DNA from: Botryllus schlosseri
Taxonomy: Eukaryota
NCBI GenBank assembly: GCA_051294905.1
Contig: CM119371.1
Location: forward strand, 6,138,001-6,202,000
Reading direction: 5' to 3'
DNA length: 64,000 nt
Part shown: positions 12,601-24,285 of the stretch, one piece after another
How the letters are laid out: every line of letters starts with the position of its first letter
Numbering within the stretch: position 1 is the stretch's first letter
The notes under the pieces: generated by a model
Told to the model about the DNA's origin: nothing
What the model saw: the letters and a program-made list of their open reading frames with translations, nothing else
Database searches by the model: none
Program-made: the position numbers and the translations under genes

Positions 12601-14652
12601 GCAATTTAGTCAAGTTTAGTATCACCAGTCTCTTATTCAACTCGAGGATCCAACTACCGTATTCAGCTTTTTGGCTTCGGCCTTCCATTTCATTCAATAT
12701 TTATTTGTAAATATTGGAATAAAAAATCTGTGTTAAGTAATCCTAATTAATAAATGCTTACTATATCTCGGTGCACGGGTTCGACATATCAATCAGTAAC
12801 AAATCATCACCGACTTAAGAAGCCATAAGATAAGACCACATGTTGGGCATTAACTGAGCAATCATAAGGCCCACGTACCTGAATGGTTGTAGCCAACTTT
12901 GCCAGTTGCTGGACATTTTGTGTCATACGTATTTCTACCTTCTGGCTTGTACCATTTTCCATCAACAAAATGGCCCAGATTGTTATCATGTTGTTGAAGC
13001 CATGCCTGGAAGATTCACGCGATTGTAGACAGGGATCACATTACTAATAGGCTGCACAGTTCAGACGATATCAAACTATATTGAAATATCGATGTGTAGT
13101 GAGAAAAAAATATATATACACAGCCTACAGAGAGAGAGAGAGACATGATATTCTTTTTCGTCTGCACCATCGAGATGCTTTGAAGTTGCGATACGGCCAT
13201 GAGGTCATCTAGTCTGCGCCCCCGTTTTTTCTCCTCCATGCTATCCGTGATTGCTGAGCGCCTAGCAGGATGGCTGCGGATACCAATTTTCGAGTCTTAG
13301 GTATGACCCGGCCGGGGATCGAACCCACGACCTACCGCACGAGAAGCCGGACGCATAACCATTACACTATCTCGTTCGGCAGTTTATGAAAGGTGACATA
13401 CATCCAGAAATTGTTGGTAGGCTATGAAGTACTGTAGCCTACATTTTGAGAGCACTTTGGTCGATGTTGTCTAATTAATGAGAGAGAGAGAGAGAGAGAG
13501 AGAGTCTTCATTTTCATCAACCAAAATAGATAACAAACGGCAGTGTTGGTGGTACAGAAGATATGCACGCACAGCATTCGGTATTTAATAGGAATGATCG
13601 ATAAGACCGTGAAGGTCATCTAGCCTGATCACACCAGCATCAACCAGGTACTCTTGACTCTGATCAGTCTGGCTGTAAAAAATGTTCAGTTAAAAAAGGA
13701 AAATAGAAGAAAAATTAAACTATGGTAGCAAATGATCAATGAAGCAATGTCTGGGCGAGGTAGGGCAACTGCGTTAGTATAACGACAGGAGGTGATCAAG
13801 CAGATCTTTTTTGAATCTATTATAATTCAATTCACGGATATGTGGTGGTAATGAATTCCAGATGATAGGCCCAGAGTAGTCGATAGATCTCTTAGTTAGG
13901 TTGCTTTTGGGTGGGGGTAAGTAGATATTTTCCTTTGACGAGGATCTCGTGTAATGGGAATGGACATTTAAAGCAGGTATAAAAAAAGTCATCAAACACA
14001 GGAGGCAGAAAAATATTCGTGAATAATTGTTGATACTTCGAAGCGATACAGTTCGTCAACTCGCAAAATTCGATGCTTACGGTAGTAAGGTGATAAATTG
14101 GTACGTAATTAATGAAATATTGACGTTTTGAGACTGCGCCCTCCACTGAACCTTGCTAGGCCAGAGTGAAATTGGCGACAAGTGACAACGTCAGGCTCAA
14201 CATTTCGTTTCATTACTTGATTATGCTATGCAAGCAACTCTTCAGTTTCGTGCAACGAAACTTGTTTAGTATAAACACGCCTTCGTCCTAATTTTACATC
14301 AGGCAGCTTTGACATGTTTTGATAATTAGCCAAGTTGGAATCCGGGAACGTTTAACGTAATATATTTGGTGTGCCAAGACACTTCTGAGCGTCACACCCG
14401 TGTGTAGTCAGTAGAATCTTTGTGCACGAGACACCGATTCCTGGATAATTAGCACTTCTACTTCTACCTCTGGCTCCTTATATGACTCGAATAACTCGAG
14501 TATCACCAAACCACGACTTCTTTAACAGCAGTCATACTTGATATTCCGGTCATTCTCACCTTGACCACATTATCTGTTTCCGGAGCAGCCCCGTACTCAA
14601 TGGAATCGAAGAAATTCTTGACGATATTTTCCGACTTGACTCGAGCACTCAT
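663..14652 (-). CDS. ALDH16: ALDH16-family aldehyde dehydrogenase, multi-exon, 3' part runs off the window, possibly pseudogenised
   Basis: GT-AG exons: 14652-14560 ([20 protein letters not shown]), 13005-12879 ([24 protein letters not shown]..), 10191-~10103 ([21 protein letters not shown]), 5943-5888 ([19 protein letters not shown]), 4778-4668 ([16 protein letters not shown]), 4264-4170 ([15 protein letters not shown]), 1798-1646 (LELGGKS..WFNQGQ), 1498-1388 (VCSAGSRLL), 848-663 (PPTL..REE). The N-terminal EYG..AWL..GH.V.GKW.KP and VEGVVDA.W motifs match ALDH16 as I recall it. Confidence 0.85.
1967..2976. mobile_element. Non-autonomous hAT-type element with internal cargo
   Basis: TIRs CATAGGCGCAGAAC / GTTCGGCGCCTATG (13/14) and a perfect 8-bp TSD TCATCTAG at 1959-1966 and 2977-2984. 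Confidence 0.8.
8040..8940 (-). repeat. Diverged inverted copy of the ~2070-2830 segment, with four ~51-bp tandem units at ~8250-8450
   Basis: Shared blocks in opposite orientation (ATTATACAATCTCCT..GGAAGTGCTGT..AATTAGCGA.TCCCTGATC; AGGCC.GGTACGAAAGATATCATCGCT; GCTAATTGGC motifs). Confidence 0.6.
13128..13380 (-). mobile_element. tRNA-derived SINE
   Basis: Minus strand: A box TAGTGTAATGG, B box GGTTCGATCC, then GGCCGGGTCATACCTAAGACT..CCTGCTAGGCGCTCAGCA body and a (TC)n tail. Confidence 0.65.
13774..14160 (-). mobile_element. 3' fragment of a CR1/L2-like LINE ORF2
   Basis: [33 protein letters not shown] is the typical C-terminal ORF2 motif; the frame is disrupted. Confidence 0.6.
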
Positions 14653-16311
14653 CCTATCACTTGGTAAGGAGTATCTGTGCGCTTGCGTACTGTTATTACA
14701 ATTTGACGCAGGAAAACGATTTCAATTTAAACTACACCTGTGTATTCAAAATTCGCAGTGGTTTAATGAATGCAGTCATCGTGGAGGACCCGGTTCGAAT
14801 CCCGGCACTATTAGCGTAACTGTAAAATATATTACAAATATATGGTGTGCTAAGATAGTTCTCAGCGGCATGGCGGCAGCGTCACACAGTTTGTGTTCAG
14901 TCAGTAGAATGTTTGGTGTCCACAAGACACCGATTTCATATTGGGTGGCATGAATCTGTGCACGGACATGAAACCAGGGATGCCACTGGGATATTTCGGA
15001 AAAACCCAGATATTGCCGCTAAATAAACCCAGAAAAATTAAGATCATATATTTTCACTAAAATTTCCATGCGATAAAGATAACTGTGAAAATAGAAACTC
15101 ACAGTCACTTATTATAATCATACAGTCATGGAAGTAAGTTCTCATAGCCCTTGATATTGAAATTCCAACAGTTCATACAATAAATTTTGCTCGGTTAACA
15201 CCCACAAAAATATGCCGCGGTGCGCAGTGCGCCACTGTAGACCAAAGTCACTCAACTATACTATGTAGTATGTACATTGTACATTAAGACCAGTTTCATT
15301 ACATATCAGCCCTCGGCTCGCAAGCTATAACTTCACCAATTATGCTGCTTTTAGATTGCTCAGCAACAAGTGTAACTGCTTGCCGGAGCGTAACGACGGG
15401 ACTTGCATATCTATCCGTAGGTTAGTAATCTATAGTGGTGGATGATTCGTAACAAAGTCACTCAACTATGACAAGTCGTCCGACTACCGGTAATAAGCAC
15501 AATGTTATGAGAGTACTGAAGCGCAAAATGTTGCACAAAAGTCCGTCGGCGCTAAGCTAACCTACGGCAATGTAAATCCCTGCTTGCCGACCTTATATTT
15601 CGACTTTTAACGGTTATTTCTCGGGAATTCTTTGGCTGTGTGTGATTTCAAGCAGCGTAGTATGTATTTCAACGACATTAAAACGAAATATATATAAATA
15701 GACGACCTTCAAACGAAATATACATTATTATGCTGCAATAAAAATTTTGGCTTGGAGCGAAAATATTTCTAATCGGGATACGGGATTATTGCTGGCCGGC
15801 CATGGCCTACCAGTTATACCAGAGGTCTCAAACACGCGGTCAACTTTCCGCTCAGAGCTCAAAATAACGTTTTTATCTCGACATTGCTAGGTGAGTGAGT
15901 GACTGACTGACTAGAAAAAAGGTCATTTCTTCGCCCATCCGGAGCGTCACTCACTTCTGTGCCAATTTACGGCATATCACTCGCATTTTGCTCTAAATAT
16001 GACCTAAATTCTAAAAAAAAGAGGACAAAAGGGCGTCCTCCGAGGACACTTTCAAAAAAGAGGACGTATGGTAACCCTAAGTAACAATAGCCTATACTTA
16101 TCACGACTATATCATAATCAGGATTAGGCTACACCGCTGATATGCTTTGATATCAGATCAATCTTCAGTAGAATATAAAATATTCTACATGAAATTGTGG
16201 CACGTCAAGCTGCAATGTTATAACCCGACAGTTTTACGATGTCATGATGCATCCCCTCGCATGATGACTATAACTCATCAACCAAAACAATCACCAGCGA
16301 GGCAGGTAGGT

Positions 16312-16346
<35 letters not shown>

Positions 16347-16469
16347 CACAATGAAATATTATAAAGAAATGTTGCTTTTCAGAAAATGCGTATTTGGCTA
16401 TTTACATAACATGACAGGAGGGCACAATGAAATAATTGAACAAAGAAATATTGTATTACAGATGTCACT

Positions 16470-17301
16470 AATTCCTCAATTGTCCAAGTTCTAATCTATA
16501 TTTTTCAATTTTTATCGCATGTTCTTCAATACGCATTTCGAATTCTTGCTTTCTGAAATATCTTTCTTCGTCTCTCATCTCTTTTCTTTCTTTGAGGTCC
16601 TCAATCTTGGACACCATCAGTTCAGTTCAATTCTCAGCTCATTGTTTTTCTGAATTAAAAGAAGTTCATATTGACTCTGCGATAAGGTAGTAATCTATGA
16701 TTAAACTAGAACTTGAATTAGGAAGCCAATCACAAAGAAATAATTTGTAAATTCTCCTTGCCTTGTTGGCTGATATTTTTTCCTCTAATGGCTGATATCA
16801 ATATCTGTTTCCAAGTGTGTGTATCCATTCGATATGAGCGGTGAACCAACAATCTGTCAGTCTCTAGTCATTAAAAATTTGTATTCTGCAACCAGCTGAT
16901 CACGAAGTGCAGAATTGGTAGTTTTAATTACATTGCATTGTATTTGCATACTAGAGCCCGACTGATGTTGGAGCTTCGGGCCGATACCGATAAAACCAAT
17001 ATGGCAATATCCAATTCCTTCACCGATAACTAGGGCTGGGCAAAATCTACCTGACTAGAACTCTGCAACTGCAAGTACTCAATTTCAAAATCAGCAACTA
17101 TAAAACTACTCAAAAAACCATTAGTGAGACTCAAAAAACCATTAGTGAGTGGACCATCAATCCACTAAATATTTAGTTCGTTAGTTCGTTTGTCTGTCCG
17201 GGTCATGCCAAGCATCTCTCTACTCACCTCTGGTGTCTGTTTAATATCCTTTCTGATCGTGTCATATTTCTTGTTGTTTTTGCTTCCAAATCTTCTTCTA
17301 A
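16470..17301 (-). other. Possible exons of an unidentified coiled-coil gene (17301-17228; ~16660-16470 with a 5-nt duplication)
   Basis: AG/GTGAGT-bounded purine-rich segment and an E/K/R-rich frame (MVSKIEDLKERKEMRDEERYFRKQEFEMRIEE). No recognisable homology. Confidence 0.25.
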
Positions 17302-18421
17302 CTGGAAGCAAGTGGAACGCCACAACGGCTGTGGGATTTGCCCTTCGCAGTCCAGGGCTCGTTATCAGCAGTCATATGTCATTATATATTATATATAAGC
17401 TATTCATTTATTACCGTATGTAGAGGTAGGCTATAATACTTGTCAAAAACCTGCCTTTATCAAAAAATCAAATGTACTTCTCATATAAATTCAGTGATGA
17501 GTGATGCCTCACAGGATGATAGGAACTGTCTCGGCACACCAAAAATATAACGCTAAACGTATCAGGATTCCCACCTGACTGTAAATCTATAGATTATTAA
17601 CCTACGGATAGATACGCAACTCCTGTCGTGTCGTTATGCTCGTGCAAGCAGCCGGTGAAATGGTTTGCTCAGCGATGCTATCCGCGACCTTCAGACAAGT
17701 GAATTTCAAAATATAACCCAAAAATAACCAAAAATTGCAGAATCTCTGGCTGTTTTGCCTGATATATCAGGTGATGATTCTCTAAGTTAAAGTAATTCAA
17801 TGAAAATTGATAAAAAGTCGATTTCATACAGAATCTCAGAAATTATGGAAAAGTCAAATCAGCAATTAAAAACATTGAGAATGGATGGACGATTTTTTTC
17901 ACCTTTTCAAAAATTGCAAAAGTCTGGAGATGATCTCAAGACGGCCTTGTTTGGAGGATATTGGCAGTCAACAAAAATGGAACTCCGCCGCCGCCGGGCG
18001 AAAATGAGGTGATAGGTTACGAGAATAATTCTGGTTACTGAACAATGTGATAAACAGCCGCCATTCAGCAATTTTTTCATCTCTTTGGCAGTCGTATAAA
18101 TCAGAACATCCTATTTTCGTAACAAAACAACCGTTTCCAGTGCATATAGCTTATACGGATATAGTGTTTGATGTTTAGTGTTACAACTGCAGGCTAAAGC
18201 TGCAAGATAAAACTGGCATTATTAGGGAACAAATAGCGTGCGGCGGCAAGCAGTGGTAACACCTTTATATATCCAATCACACATATAAGCAATAAGAATG
18301 CAAACAATAGTGTGGTTATGCTGCCCAATGGACTGCACTATAAGTGATTCTGTCTCACATCAGTAGATAACGTCGGTTATAAACACCGTGACTCGAATTT
18401 GAAACTTCAGTGATACAGCTG

Positions 18422-18465
<44 letters not shown>

Positions 18466-19386
18466 CCACAGGTCCCCCTTTCTTACCTACCCGAAAAATG
18501 CCAAATACCTCCATTAGGGTTGTTCAGAATTGACCGACTTTCAAAAAGTCTAGGTTTTCAGTCCGTTTCCCATGCCTTATACCTTAAAAACAAATTCTGG
18601 CAACTTTTTTTTGTAATTCACCCCCTGCATCCGTGTGCACATTGCCGTTTTTCATGCACCTAAAAATTTCTTCGGAATTAGGGGATTCCCCCGTTGTCAG
18701 TGACTTGACAGGAATGGCGTGTGTTCTCACTGACGTGACGCGTATGTTCTAGCGCTGATGAAGCGCTGAGCACGGCTGTGAAACGGGGATCATTGATTAG
18801 TCAGGGGCCTTGCTGCTTTGTTGTTGATGGACTGTGTTTACGATTGAAGTGCAGGACTTATCAGGCGGCGTTTTGACTCATGCTATTAGCGAGTTTAGCG
18901 CGTGATTAGTGAACATAGTATTATAGCAGTATACAACTATTTGATATAATAGACCTGATACTCTTTTCCTTTCTACTGGGATAGAAACAAAGCTTGCAAA
19001 TGTCTATTCCAGTGACTGGGGAAAACCGCCAGTCGGTTGCTCTAAATTTTTTGTTTTATCCCAAGATATCAATATACTGGTATGAGTTTTTCCAATTTAG
19101 GAATAACTATCTTCGATAATCTATAACTAGATCTAATCTGGCTACTCCTGTGCAAGTTATGCAGTATGTGTTCGACCTAAACTCTAAAAGAACTGAAATG
19201 TTTTCCACTATTCTTTGTTGCTTGACTGAGTTTATGTATATCTGTTTTTCTAGGATTAGCTGTAGTGCGAAATGTCTGAAAAAAAAATAATCGCCATCTA
19301 GTGCAGCAGTACCGAAGAAAGCTAGAAGAACACGATCGCAGACACAGCATTTCTTAGTTGGGCCATCTGAGGAAGCCATTACGGGA

Positions 19387-21632
19387 TTGAAGTTGCCCGC
19401 TCTGAGGCAAGTTATGCAATATGTGCTACACCTGAGAGAGCATTCATTTTTAAAAAATGAACCAGTCAAGTCACACATCCAGATCGCAGTAGATGAAGTG
19501 ATCGGTTTTTGGTTACTTGCTGGCATAAAGACTATCACAAAAGTCAATGCCACCAAAAGATTGGAAACAGTATGGAAACAATGGCTGTCACTAAAGAAAA
19601 CTGCAGGCCGGCAATATGTATCAAAAAAACAAAGCGACTTTGAAGCCAAACTGAGTAAGCTATGGGATATAGGAGCCCCTGACGCGATAGCGACAATTGA
19701 AGCAAGTAGACTTCTTTCTGACGATAAAAAACGTGAAGACATAGCATTTTATCAGGATCAAAGGGGTCCGAGATTAGCAACGATAGGTGGCAAAGATAAC
19801 GATCGGTGGCAAAGATAAAGTGTTGAAAGCGAAAATCATGCAACAAAAGAGACGGACCATGAGTGCAAGAGAGTCTGCACCAGCATCAAGTAGCGAAGGT
19901 GAATTTACAGAGAGCTCATCTATATCTTCACAGGTAGCTGACACTTCTCACAGCACTGATTTTGAACTTGCACAGTCGACATCTGGTCATTCCGCTAAAT
20001 TTGTGACTCTAAAAGCTCCTGTAACCTATTCAGCGACGAAGATCTATGCCAGGTTTTTGATCGCTTGAAAGTCAGTGATAATGCCGCTACCATGATAACT
20101 GCAGCACTGATTAAAGCTTGCGATGGCAACCCTAATGACTTCCATCTTTCAAGATCTGGGACCTATCGACGACGCATTGCAAATCGTTTGAAAATTTCCG
20201 AATCTATCTTTGAAAAAATATCCACCAATCCCCAGAGCACATTGCATTGCACTGGGATGGAAAGCGCACTAAGAGTCGTCTAGGATATCAATTTGAGGCC
20301 TTGGCAGGGCTCGCATCGTCTGCGTATTCCGGCGCATTTAAGAAAGGGAAACTTCTTGGCATTCAAACTCTGGAAAGTGCTACAGGAAAAGCACAGGCTG
20401 ATGCATCATTTGAACTGCTGGAACTTTGGAATTTAACAAAATCTGGTAGAGCTCTTGTGTTTGACACAACATCCTCAAACACTGGTAAAAACAAAGGTGC
20501 GGTTCCGTTACTTGATGAATTGATTAACAGGAAAGTTTTCTACAATGCCTGTTGCCATCATATTTATGAACTGGTCATTCGAGAGGTTTGGAAGTGGTTG
20601 TTTGGATCGACAACCACAGGCCCTGAAAACACGGATTTTAATACCTTCAAGAAGAAGTGGAAACATATTGATAAATCAAGAAGCTATAAAACGCTGAAGT
20701 TTATTGAAGGCAGCTGGTTGGCGATGAAAGCTGATGAAGCAAAGCAAGAAATAATTCCACTGATGAAACCCAATGATGGAAAGCAGAAAGAAGTCTTGAT
20801 AAGAGATGACTACAGAGAATGTGCAACAGGCACCTTGGCGATTTTGGATGACAAATATGTTGATCATCGTTTTCGCAAGCCTGGTGCTACTCATAGCGCT
20901 ACATGGATGAGTCAAGTCCTGTACTGTCAAAAAATGTTCATGTGGAGTGAGCAAATGGACTATTCTGAAGAGTTCATTGAAAAGTTCGAACGAATCAATA
21001 CATTCATTGCTTTGTTTTATGTTCCAGCTTGGTTGAAAACTGGTATTGCATGTGACGCACCTTGGAATGATCTCAAATTCCTTCATGACATGAAAAACTT
21101 TTCATTATGCGATCTCACTGTTGCTGATGTGGCATACAAGAAATTGCAAAAACATCATTGGTATCTAACTGAGGAAAAGGTGGTATTTACCACGTTCTCG
21201 GCTAATCCAACGATTCCTGACAAACTGAAGGAAGCGATGGCTGCTAAATTGCTGAAAATGCCAATCCCTGAAAAATATCGCAGATGTATGCCTCTCAGTC
21301 TGAGCTCTGACTCTGTCTCTGAGTCAATGAGTATGGTCGATTTGATTGGGCCAGAATCGTGGTTTCTATTTGATGCTATACATGTGGAACATGATTGGTT
21401 GAGTCTTCCAGTTTCGGAATGGCATGCTGATCCGGATTTCGTGACTGCTCAAGAATTTGTGAATACTGTTGAAGTAGTCAATGATGCAGCAGAGCGTATG
21501 GTAAAATTGAATACCGACTATGCTGCGTTCATAACGGATGACAAAAAACAGCGAGCGAGCCTCCTACAAGCTGTGGAAGATCACCGGAACAGATATGCAG
21601 ATTTCTCGAAAGCAACCATTTCATCCACCTGA
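19387..21632 (+). pseudogene. hATm transposase, frameshifted (pieces 19387-19818, 19787-20068, 20065-20283, 20247-21632)
   Basis: HWDGK, FDTTSSNTG, CCHHIYEL, KPGATHSATWM and NDAAERMVKL motifs; a short duplication near 19782-19818 shifts the frame. Confidence 0.8.
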
Positions 21633-21814
21633 TTTATGTAATATTTTGCCAAGTTGATCTCTTTCTTTGCCTTATTTTTTCGTTTCCTGTGATGTTTATT
21701 ATGTGGCTGTGAGTGGATGTTACATTTACAGTTGTATTCTTGCACATGGGGATCCAGGAAATTGATGAACAGTGCCGGGTAGGTTTGAGGGGTGTAGGAT
21801 ATGTGATCCAACAA

Positions 21815-22705
21815 AATATATATATATATAGGTCTAGCTCTGTCTGCATTCAGACTAAGAGCACCATCACCGAGGTGATGGAAGAATCCATCGAAAAAAG
21901 ACACAGCATTAAAGATTTCAAATATAAATTAAATTTCGCGTGAAAATGCTGCTTTCGAAAATGTCCTGATGTCGGTATCGTTCCGATTAAGGACATTGTT
22001 CATCAGCGTTGCAGAGGGTCTTCCTTTTTTGGTTCTCCTTTCATCTTCAAAGGTTATTGACTTCACGACACTATCATTAGGTTTTCGAATTATATGGGCA
22101 AGAAATTTAGCTTGTTGGTGATCAATAAATGATGAGAGATCTTCGGTGCGACAGATTTTATGAAGATTTTTATTACTAATTTTGAAGGCGTGGTCGGTTC
22201 CCTTTCGAGTGTAGCCTCCATGTATCATTTTTCGCAAAAATTGTCTGTAGCAGACATCCAGGACGTTTCTTTGATTTTCTGAAAGAGACCATACGCTGCA
22301 GCCATATGTGAGTCGACTTCGCACAAAAGCATTTAAAAATTTTATTCTTGTACCAATCCAAATTCTGAAGTTTCGAAGCAGATATTTATAGGATTGGAAA
22401 GCTGCATGAGCCGAACTGATCCTATTATTGATTTCGGATATTCCCACATTCGTTTCCTTATAGTGAATGATACACCCAAGGTATTTGAAGGTTTTCACGT
22501 TTTCAATATGATGATTATGCAGAGAGCAGATTGAAGTCGGGTAAGCCAGTTCTTCAGTGTGGTTAAATATCATAGTTTTTGTTTTCGACTCATTAATTTG
22601 TAATCCAAACTCAGTAAGAACTTCTGATAGCAGTTTCAGGCCTTCCTGGAGAGAAGATTGGTCTTTGAAAAAGAATTCAAGATCGTCCGCATAGCCTGAG
22701 CCCAT
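21815..22705 (-). mobile_element. 5'-truncated RTE-like non-LTR retrotransposon nested in the hATm element
   Basis: ORF 21929-22705: YADD, GLQINESKTKTM, FKYLG, SRLTYGCSVW; (TA)n tail near 21815-21830. Confidence 0.8.
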
Positions 22706-24033
22706 GTTGACAGCTGACTATCAGTTTTAGGTAGTTTTGAGCAGTTCTAAGGCTGGGTGGGACATGGAAATGATATCCTGAACTAGGAATGCCTTATATA
22801 GTGGGGTTTTGTAGCACTCCAAACCGCAACAGCTGCATAAATCCATGTTATATGTCACTTTAACTAGGCTAGGTAAAATCGTGACACTCAGATTTTAGGG
22901 GAATCCCCTATTTTCAGCTGCTATTCTTCCAGCTCAATGTGCACACGGATGCAGGGGATGAATTACAAAAAAAAGTTGCCAGTAAGGTATAAGGCATGGG
23001 AAACGGACTGAAAACCTAGACTTTTTGAAAGTCGGTCAATTCTGAACAACCCTAACCTCCATGGATGATTGTACTGGACACGACTCGAACATTTCCTCGA
23101 AGATTCCGATACCGTTGCACGAAGCTAAAACCCGTCCCCGAACCCGGACCGTCAAACAATCCAGTTTCTAGATGCGACAATGAATTTATTGAATTCGCAG
23201 GACTGTGTTGGAAATGTGCATATTGGAACAGATATTATACGAGAAAAACAAATTATTTTCACCGTAAATAGCCGTTTGAACCTTTCGCTATTGAAAATGA
23301 TTCTAAATTCTAATTAAACATTTATGAAAAATAGTGCAGGTCCGCCGATCTAATTGGCGAACCTACGGGGCTCGTTCACTTTCGGACCAAAAATCAATTT
23401 TCTCCATGAGGCTGTGGTAGATTTGGTCCTGAAGTGAACGAGCCCCGTCCCGGTCCGTATTGAGGCGCGTCGAGTCGCGTCGGTCGCAGGCGGACAGGGC
23501 TATCGGCGGCGGCTGTTTTATTTTTTGATTCGTACTCGTTCGGGTCGGATTCCGTCGCATGTTTTGTTTGTGATTTTGTTGTGGGTAGTTGTGTGACCAG
23601 ACGTGAGTTTTGACTGTAAAGTCGTTTTGTCAAGTGGGTCCGAGCCAGTATATACGTTACGTCAGATAACCCTAACCTTGGCCTTTGTAAATACTAGTCT
23701 GCTCAGATGTACGATTAGGATTCTTCGGCACACGGTTGTTCGATTCCGATTCCGAACGGCATTATTCGGATTAGCGTGGATTTTTGGTCGAGATTGTTCG
23801 GCTTCGGGCGGATAGTTTCTCAGAGACTCGAGCTGTTGGACGGACGCGGATTGTCAGAAATCAATATCCGCTGATCGATCTCTGATTCGTTGTTGAAATT
23901 CCTGTTTATACTGTACTTCACCCCGGTCGACACCAATATTCGACTGAAGCAGAAATCTCGAATAAATATCCTGGCGCAGCGCTTTCTGTGACGACAAAGT
24001 AGTGCAACGCGCGCACGCGTCGCTTTTCACCGT

Positions 24034-24285
24034 CATTCTAGGCAGGTCGTAACCGTGCCGGGACTTGTTAATGCAAGCCCTTTTTATTCTTTATCCACGT
24101 AGCTTTTTATCAGCATTCTAGGCAGGGCGTAACCGTGCCGGGACTTGTTAATGCAAGCCCTTTTTATTCTTTATCCACGTAGCTTTTTATCAGCATTCTA
24201 GGCAGGGCGTAACCGTGCCGGGACTTGTTGCTATAAGCCCCTATTCGCTTCTTTCACCATCATCCTAGGCAGGGCGTAACCATAC
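24034..24285. repeat. 80-bp tandem subrepeat in the spacer (also ~36901 and ~44604)
   Basis: CATTCTAGGCAGG(T/G)CGTAACCGTGCCGGGACTTGTT at 24034, 24114 and 24194, partial at 24261. Confidence 0.85.

Larger units (their letters stand above)
18515..23054 (+). mobile_element. hATm-group DNA transposon, complete ends, degenerate transposase
   Basis: ~120-bp TIRs starting TAGGGTTGTTCAGAATTGACCGAC; 8-bp TSD ACCTCCAT at 18507-18514 and 23055-23062. Confidence 0.9.

Noticed and set aside
14754-14815. tRNA-like segment with GGTTCGAATCC
   Set aside because: No complete cloverleaf; at best a decayed SINE head.
23664-23676. TAACCCTAAC telomere-like motif
   Set aside because: Fewer than two units; not an array.
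24261-24285. CCTAGGCAGGG..ACCAT resembling the U1 5' region
   Set aside because: No ATACTTACCTG, Sm site or U1 stems; it is part of the 80-bp subrepeat.
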